The position numbers and the translations under genes were made by a program. 17,610 nucleotides of DNA from contig BTVV01000128.1 of the NCBI GenBank assembly GCA_045863855.1, positions 1 through 17,610 on the forward strand, in the 5' to 3' direction. The DNA is from Planctomycetota bacterium. GTDB lineage: Bacteria; Planctomycetota; SZUA-567; H5-PLA8. Shown here piece after piece: positions 9,801 through 14,470 of the stretch. The notes beneath the pieces were generated by a model that was not told the DNA's origin, did not search any database, and was given only the letters and a program-made list of their open reading frames with translations. Position 1 is the first letter of the stretch. Every line of letters begins with the position of its first letter.

Positions 9801-10780
9801 TCGCGGTCGCGGAAGGGTTTCCCGGAGCGATCCAGCGTCACGGCGGGCGCCAACGGCTCCCCCACCCGCATGCCCGGAAGACCGCCGCCCCAGCGTACCA
9901 GGGGATCGATGCGCAGGTCGAACGCCGCCGGATCTAGAAACGCGGGCGACACATGGACGCTGTGGCGATCCTGGCCCGAAGCCGCAAACCATTCGTGCGC
10001 TACCGCGACGATCGGAACTTCCCCCCATGCGCCGGTGGTGCCGGTCAGTACGTTGCGATCGCTCGTCCAGACCGGCGCCGAAACCTCGTCGGCAATAAAA
10101 TTCGTGTTGTTCGAAGTGAAGATACTGTTGCGGATCGAGCCGGGACCGCAGTTGACGAGCATCACTCCGACCGATGAACAGCCTGCGGCCGTCACGTGCG
10201 CCACCCGCGCACCGGATACGCCGCGAAGACTGGCTCCGATGTTGCAGCGCTTGATCTCGATGCTCTCCACACGCAAGCCCGCAGTGGATTCGGCGCAGAA
10301 GCCCGTCGCGAGTCCGTCGAAGGTGCAGCGTACGACTTGCGCATTCCGGCAGCGCAGCAGCTTCAACCCTGGACCCGGTCCGCGAAACGTGAGCCCCGTT
10401 ACTTCCAAGTGCGCGATACGCGCAGCCAACAAGGCCGGATCGGAAAGCGTCAACGGCTGCAGGATGACCGCGCCGGGGGCTTCTCCTGTCAGTTGGCCGG
10501 ACTCGTCTCCGGTCAAACGCATCGGCTGCTCAGATGAACCAAAGCGTTCGGCCAGCACCACCGTCTCCTGGTAGGTACCCGGACCGATGACCATGGAGTC
10601 CCCATGATTAAGCGCCTGAACGGCTCGGTTGATTGTCTTGAAAGCTTGCGCGACGGAATCGCCGCTGTGCGCGTCATCGCCCCCGGCCCTTACATAATAG
10701 GTAGCCGCCGCGACATCCGATGTTCCGAGGCCAAGTAGAGCAAAGAGGATCCAACCAAGGTAAGCTCGATGGCATGTCAC
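6809..10780 (-). CDS. ~1323-aa secreted multidomain protein: right-handed beta-helix, FlgD-like Ig domain, NHL/SMP-30-like beta-propeller(s), C-terminal CBM9-like domain (start revised to GTG at 10780)
   Basis: Minus strand reads TTGGAGGAGATCCCT-GTG, a strong RBS before GTG 10780, followed by a signal peptide (LGWILFALLGLGTSDVAA|ATYYV). TYYVRAGGDD..SG.S...AFKTI..A....GD...I.PGTY.E is a beta-helix cap. VYRSDGVLVRLL...WDGRDDEG.....G.YEVR is FlgD-Ig-like. FTNPRDIALYPDGRLLVAD is NHL-like. HDG.HLYV...V.DD.P...DSIELWL...Y....KIPF is CBM9-like. Confidence 0.85.
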   Translation of the reverse strand: MTCHRAYLGWILFALLGLGTSDVAAATYYVRAGGDDAHSGDSVAQAFKTINRAVQALNHGDSMVIGPGTYQETVVLAERFGSSEQPMRLTGDESGQLTGEAPGAVILQPLTLSDPALLAARIAHLEVTGLTFRGPGPGLKLLRCRNAQVVRCTFDGLATGFCAESTAGLRVESIEIKRCNIGASLRGVSGARVAHVTAAGCSSVGVMLVNCGPGSIRNSIFTSNNTNFIADEVSAPVWTSDRNVLTGTTGAWGEVPIVAVAHEWFAASGQDRHSVHVSPAFLDPAAFDLRIDPLVRWGGGLPGMRVGEPLAPAVTLDRSGKPFRDRESTRCCGAYEYPDPQGGTDWKPLAANLEGQGPRQSAGVYRSDGVLVRLLVQNTAGVHELWWDGRDDEGRASEAGAYEVRCSTHDIRVADDGSVGDNGAALGSFNCDNAESVVLLPDGRFVISTTFDEAGIPLRLHAASGAPIAGINLAEKKFEALAFDGTHLYGLLDPLPRSRLVKLMLPGERQRMADGSEAYELIGAAEAQTIQADQKAAGDYRKALQKYEKDLELAQRKKQPTEKIVKPAPVSSKGYRVGGLEVREGVAYVALRGLDLVRRVDLASGKTLGDWPVPGVDDLAFDAQGTLWAISGKDLVGIDTQSGAIKRRFDSGLEAPQYIAAGAGRLAASDRKNARVAVLNATDGKPVALLGQKRDGDLWQSESPDLFTNPRDIALYPDGRLLVADHLRIRCLWPDTKRLVFEQASTFMDSATAHPTRPEYVYSRMGIMKVDENTGAWTLTHRHPFNFGSLLLTQGFVLEGKPFIASNSEGHWIVLWDVTNPECPRFAGRYTPQEFPEMHAKGIRPGCITKDQAAASPVGGCMVRVAPFAGLDEKGNPRWDYAKAVTLGGKECLDRPGFTIKRGLTSDPTTGDFYFLAVTERFNKMVPMWGADGTGVGKLDAEGRVRWFALSSGNNYQSITSIHDGKRHWIMACKSFGGQLDVFDSDGLLLGTGAWGWLNNYQMGFVDMIVGAQSYLRADGKPGAYIEDDMIGRFVRARVDGAETIRKRTLAFTWAGGPAGGAAAHVQIAGPSPASSPIIPKVQPLALDGRWEAWAQAGVVPQVYVLPTVTWGRLRPPFLFDTYRAGTYAAAFAHDGAHLYVCLIVTDDTPHADAKTPGMMWAFDSIELWLEQEQFGIGFTADGKPHLFKYRFHGLDGKERYTTNYALPADHVWGEQLGDVSRHGLGKLLGNAIGRELNGRPGYALMAKIPFAEVKLVGGMVGHPGREGTVKLPLTGKAGEIIRVGLSYDGIETWGREQDFKVSWPNGLMYSDPTRSYPFVFGE

Positions 10781-10786
10781 AGGGAT

Positions 10787-10793
10787 CTCCTCC
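10787..10793 (-). promoter_or_regulatory. Shine-Dalgarno (GGAGGAG region) for the GTG start at 10780
   Basis: Plus-strand ctcctcc at about 10787-10793 is GGAGGAG on the minus strand, about 6-7 nt before the GTG. Confidence 0.8.
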
Positions 10794-10828
10794 AATACAT
10801 AGGTCCAGTGATTTCTACACCAAGCCCT

Positions 10829-10853
10829 TTTTAATAATTCCAAATTATTAAAA
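10829..10853. promoter_or_regulatory. Perfect inverted repeat TTTTAATAATT-CCA-AATTATTAAAA; candidate operator
   Basis: Arms 10829-10839 and 10843-10853 are exact reverse complements with a 3-nt spacer. It lies in the AT-rich divergent spacer between the operon and the GntR/LacI regulator. Confidence 0.6.
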
Positions 10854-10865
10854 TAGATTGATATT

Positions 10866-10874
10866 ATTATCGCA
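10866..10874 (-). promoter_or_regulatory. Candidate extended -10 element (TGcGATAAT) for the leftward operon
   Basis: Minus strand 10874->10866 reads TGCGATAAT, against consensus TGnTATAAT. It would place the transcription start just upstream of the inverted repeat. No convincing -35. Confidence 0.35.
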
Positions 10875-10983
10875 CACGAGGCTTGCATGCCACTATACTT
10901 GATAGGTAGGTAGGATTTCCGAAGTGCTAGGGTGTTTGGGTAACTTGTTTTCATCAAACAGTTTGTGTAATTAGGACGGGGTC

Positions 10984-12036
10984 ATGACACCACGCTTGGA
11001 TCAAGCCAAACGCTACATGCTGGAGGCCATTGGACGGGGCGAGTATCAAGTCGGATCGACGCTCCCCCCGGTGGAAGAATTGGCCGAGAAGGCGGCCTGC
11101 AGCCCCGGTACGCTCCATTCGGCGCTGACAGAACTCTCCCGTGCGGGGATTATCCAGCGCGTGCGGCGCAAGGGCACGGTCGTGCTGCGCGCTCCGCAGA
11201 CTCGTCGCGTCTGCCTATTCCTCGCGCTGGATCCGCACATCAACCAACTCCTGCAACAAGCAGTGTACGACACGCTGATACGCGCGGGCTACCATGTGGA
11301 CGTCATATTGAACAGCCAGGAGCGCGAGTTGAACCGCTCGAAGTGCGAGCAACTCCGGCACGGCACGCCGGCGGCGGATTATTTCGTTTCGCTGACCGGT
11401 AATTTGCGCGAGGAAGGCGTAAAGGAACTCGCGCAACTGTTTCCGCATCGCGTGCTGTACGGATTTGCCGAGGTGCCGACGGCACCGGACGATTGGCATG
11501 TGGTCATGGATCCGCAAGGCGCGGCGCGGGCAGTGGCGGAGCACCTGTTACGTCTGGGCCACCGCAAGATTGCGGTGCTGTGCGGCGGCACGAACCAGGA
11601 AACCCACACCTTCGCCAGCGACGCGGCGGAACCCTTCCGGCATCTCGTGGAAGTCTCTGGCGGCACATGCCTGCCGCACTATATGTTTCAGGGGCACTAT
11701 CCCGAACGGCTGATCCGGCAATTCGAAACGGGCGAAGCGACTGCTTTCTGGGATCTGCAGGATTCGGCGGCCACGGTGACCATGCAGCGGTGCCGCGAAA
11801 TGGGTATTCGAGTGCCCGAAGACGTCTCGATCGTGGGGCGCTTCGATACGCCTTGGTGCGAACTGAACGATCCGCCCCTGAGTTCGCTTTCGATCGAACC
11901 GCAAGCTACGGCGGCGGCGATTCTGGATACGCTGCAGCGCATCGACCGTGGCGCGCCAGCGGCCCGGATCCGGCTGGTAACGCCGCGCCTGATCGCGCGC
12001 GGAAGCACCGCTCCGCTCAAGCGCACCCGCGCATGA
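10984..12036 (+). CDS. GntR-family regulator with LacI-type periplasmic-binding-protein effector domain (AraR-like architecture)
   Basis: N-terminal I.RGEY.VG..LP...ELA....CS..T...AL..L...G.I.R.R.KGT.V is a GntR winged HTH. C-terminal EHLL.LGHRKIA, GIRVPEDVSIVG.FD, PPLSSL and LIARGST are LacI sugar-binding domain motifs. Confidence 0.93.
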   Translation: MTPRLDQAKRYMLEAIGRGEYQVGSTLPPVEELAEKAACSPGTLHSALTELSRAGIIQRVRRKGTVVLRAPQTRRVCLFLALDPHINQLLQQAVYDTLIRAGYHVDVILNSQERELNRSKCEQLRHGTPAADYFVSLTGNLREEGVKELAQLFPHRVLYGFAEVPTAPDDWHVVMDPQGAARAVAEHLLRLGHRKIAVLCGGTNQETHTFASDAAEPFRHLVEVSGGTCLPHYMFQGHYPERLIRQFETGEATAFWDLQDSAATVTMQRCREMGIRVPEDVSIVGRFDTPWCELNDPPLSSLSIEPQATAAAILDTLQRIDRGAPAARIRLVTPRLIARGSTAPLKRTRA

Positions 12037-12072
12037 TCCTGCGCTGAGTAGGCACGATCAATCGCTGTGGCA

Positions 12073-12690
12073 ACCCGAACTACAAGTGTCTTGCACCAGT
12101 TGACCTGAGTTTAACTCATACTTCCGGCACGGCTTGCCGCTGCCAGGCGGGGGCTAAGGGGGCTGCTCCATGCCCGCGCCAACACGTCTGGACCTCGATG
12201 ATCTCGTGACCGCCGTCAATTGCGCCCTCCTGACACCTTTGTGGACCTGCCTCACCCAAGGCTTCTGCGCCATGCATGCCGACGACCAGCCCCACTTTTC
12301 ATCATCGATTCCCATCCGGTCGATGTCTGCCGTCCCAACCGCGCCAGCAAGCAGGAACGTCTCGGCAGACTGGCGTAGCGGGGTTACTGCGCGGCGCTCA
12401 AGCGCTGGCTCTACGGCGTGCGCGAGCACCTGATCTTCTCGACGAACGGCTACGTCACGTACGTACAACAAATTCCCGGCAACCGCCACGACGTCCAGGG
12501 ACTCTATGCCCTACTCAAGTCCGCCTTCGAAGACCACCTGCTCGGCGACAACGCATACTGGCCTAAGCGCAAAAAGCGCGCGGCCTTGGAACGCCGAAAC
12601 ATCCGGGTCACCGCCGCTTCGCGCTCGAACTGGCAGTACCAGCATGCCCAGCCCGTGGCCGAGAGCATGCGGCGGCACCGCAAGCCGTCG
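12073..12690 (+). mobile_element. Truncated IS982-family insertion sequence remnant (left end present, right end absent)
   Basis: Starts ACCCGAACTACAAGT at 12073; IS982-family inverted repeats begin 5'-ACCC. Broken IS982-type transposase motifs follow. No matching ...TTCGGGT right end is visible before the next gene's stop at 12704. Right boundary approximate. Confidence 0.78.
12170..12690 (+). pseudogene. IS982-family DDE transposase pseudogene
   Basis: MPAPTRLDLDDLVTAVNCAL..., then a frameshift near 12295, then from 12298 FIIDSHPVDVCRPNRASKQERLGRLA*(TAG 12376-12378)RGYCAALKRWLYGVREHL...PGNRHD...LLGDNAY...RNIRV...R.NW. These match IS982 IDS.P..VC / GYC...K...YG...HL / N.HD / LLGD.GY. The C-terminal R..IE motif is not seen. 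Confidence 0.85.
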
Positions 12691-12703
12691 CGAACGTGCG
12701 GCT

Positions 12704-14194
12704 TTACGGCGACAGGCGCACCTCAAGAAAGCCCCAATACGACAGGTCGCGCCGCTCGCGACGCCGCGCCTCCTCGAGCAGAATGCTCACGTCGCGTTCG
12801 AGCTTTTTCCTCACGAGCGTCCGCCCACGGTAAACGACGCTGATCTCGCGGTCCAGATCGAGCATTTCGTCTGCTAAGTAGATTTTCAGCCGCACGATCC
12901 GCTGCGCCTCGTCGATTACCACCGCGTTCGCCTTGCGATCCAGATGCGCCGCAAACGTGCGCGGCTGGCTCCACAGCGTGAGCGTGTCCAGCAGAACCTC
13001 CGGATGTGAGGCGATCAGCTTTTCCATATTTTTCGGAAGAAAGATATCCACGCCCTTCGCCTGCTCGGCTTTGACCTTGGCGATGTCCAGAACGTGCTCG
13101 GGATACGTGAAGTTCGCGCGACTCTCGGGTTCAGAGATTTCGATCCACCAGCCACCGGCGCCCCAGCCGTTCTCGTACGAAGCGAACTTCAGCGTCTCCG
13201 GGTAGGCATTACGAACGTGCTCGCTGAAGAATTCAAGCACTTCGCCGTTCAAGTCCTGGAAGATGTCGTGCTTTCGCTCAGAGTGCATCTTGAAGACCGT
13301 CTCGATGCCTGCCGCGCGCATCGCGTTATCTTCCTTGCGCAGCGCCTCCGCAGGCACGATCGAGTCCATTTCGCCGCCGAGATTCATCACACCCGTGGCG
13401 GCGAGGTTCCGGTACAGCGCTTCCTGGTTCGAGCGCAGCGGCGGCCCGGAGCGAGAACAGAGCGCCGCGAATCGATCCACAAATAGCGCTGCAAGCTTCT
13501 TGCTTCCCGTCCCGCCCATGCTGAAGCCTTCGACGTAGACCCGTTCGGGATCGATCCGGTAATGCGTGCGGACCCAAGCCAGCGTGCCGAGCACTTGCGC
13601 GCGACCGAAGCGTGACGGCCCCCAACCGTGCCCGCAATCGGCCCACGGCGCGACGATCAGGTACTTTTCCGCGCCGCGCGAGCCATTCCAGTGCTCCAGG
13701 TACTGGCCCGTCCCCAGCGTACCGTGCAGCGCCAGGATCAGCGGCCAGCGTTGCGACGGCGTGTAACCCTCCGGCACGCGCACACTCAACTTGACGGCCC
13801 GGCCATCAAATCCAGGTACCGCCGCTTTAGCTTCGAAGCTTCCCGTACGCGGCACCTCCGCCTGTGCCGGCCCCTCCCGCAGAATCGCACGAAGCGCCGC
13901 CGCCGGCAGCTTCAGTGCTAAGAGGTCATTCAGAATCTCCAGCCGGAGCGCCTCCTGAGGTTCGACGAGATACGCTTCGACAAGCGCCTCCGCTTTACTT
14001 AGGTCCGGCCCTAGCTTCGCCAACGTCTCGGAGTCAAGTACCTGCGCGTACCAAGCCGCGACCGGATCGGCAGTTGTGCGCGGCGCTTCCAGCGCAGGCC
14101 CGATTACCCAATCCTGGTCCTCTCCAGCAGAAACGGGACCTGAGACCAGCGCCCCGAGCACGGCGAAAGCTAAACGCAAAGCCGTGAAATTCAT
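12704..14194 (-). CDS. Secreted alpha/beta-hydrolase (esterase/peptidase-like) with N-terminal helical and C-terminal beta-rich extensions
   Basis: Signal peptide MNFTALRLAFAVLGALVSGPVSA|GED. VP.GY.P...WPLILALHG, IDPERVYVEGFSMGG (GxSxG nucleophile at about 13511-13528), G.MD.IVP (Asp) and RKHD (His). Confidence 0.9.
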   Translation of the reverse strand: MNFTALRLAFAVLGALVSGPVSAGEDQDWVIGPALEAPRTTADPVAAWYAQVLDSETLAKLGPDLSKAEALVEAYLVEPQEALRLEILNDLLALKLPAAALRAILREGPAQAEVPRTGSFEAKAAVPGFDGRAVKLSVRVPEGYTPSQRWPLILALHGTLGTGQYLEHWNGSRGAEKYLIVAPWADCGHGWGPSRFGRAQVLGTLAWVRTHYRIDPERVYVEGFSMGGTGSKKLAALFVDRFAALCSRSGPPLRSNQEALYRNLAATGVMNLGGEMDSIVPAEALRKEDNAMRAAGIETVFKMHSERKHDIFQDLNGEVLEFFSEHVRNAYPETLKFASYENGWGAGGWWIEISEPESRANFTYPEHVLDIAKVKAEQAKGVDIFLPKNMEKLIASHPEVLLDTLTLWSQPRTFAAHLDRKANAVVIDEAQRIVRLKIYLADEMLDLDREISVVYRGRTLVRKKLERDVSILLEEARRRERRDLSYWGFLEVRLSP

Positions 14195-14394
14195 AAAGTG
14201 GTGACGGTATTAGCAAGTTGTCCATCACCCAGGAAAAGCATGGACCTAAACAATAAGAGGTCAGTCTGCAAAAGGATTGAGCTTGCCTTACGCCTTTCGT
14301 AGTATGTACTTATGAGGCAAAAGGCGTCCTCTTGTGCAGATGCATACGCATACGCGCCGTTACCATAATGGATTGGGATAGAAAGTTTGTCCCA

Positions 14395-14426
14395 TTTCAT
14401 TATCGAGTGTACATGCCGTAATGAAA
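14395..14426. promoter_or_regulatory. Inverted repeat TTTCATTA-N16-TAATGAAA upstream of the ECF sigma gene
   Basis: Arms 14395-14402 and 14419-14426 are exact reverse complements, 44 nt upstream of ATG 14471, in the AT-richer divergent spacer. Confidence 0.35.
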
Positions 14427-14470
14427 GAAGACCGATCCCGGCCACGGTGGTTCGGCGCTAGGCGGAGACG

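Noticed and set aside
871..10574. Long plus-strand ORFs (871-1812, 5470-6003, 6992-7813, 7877-8665, 9870-10574 and others)
   Set aside because: Antisense shadow ORFs of the real minus-strand genes, as expected in GC-rich DNA; no recognisable motifs.
10781..10957. 59-aa N-terminal extension of the 1382-aa ORF call
   Set aside because: It crosses AT-rich promoter DNA with atypical codons, would bury the signal peptide, and a strong RBS precedes GTG 10780.
12106..12118. Palindrome TGAGTT-T-AACTCA inside the IS left end
   Set aside because: Only 6-bp arms; cannot be distinguished from chance.
12376..12378. In-frame TAG as programmed readthrough or recoding
   Set aside because: The same ORF also has a frameshift, an apparent deletion and a truncation, and other genes here use TAG as a normal stop. 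Decay is the simpler explanation.
12418..12843. 141-aa ORF as an intact gene
   Set aside because: It is the post-stop fragment of the IS982 transposase and runs on antisense into the hydrolase gene.
14191..14445. 84-aa minus-strand ORF filling the divergent spacer, with a 4-nt overlap onto the hydrolase start
   Set aside because: AT-rich with atypical codon usage, no motif and no clear RBS; better explained as promoter DNA.
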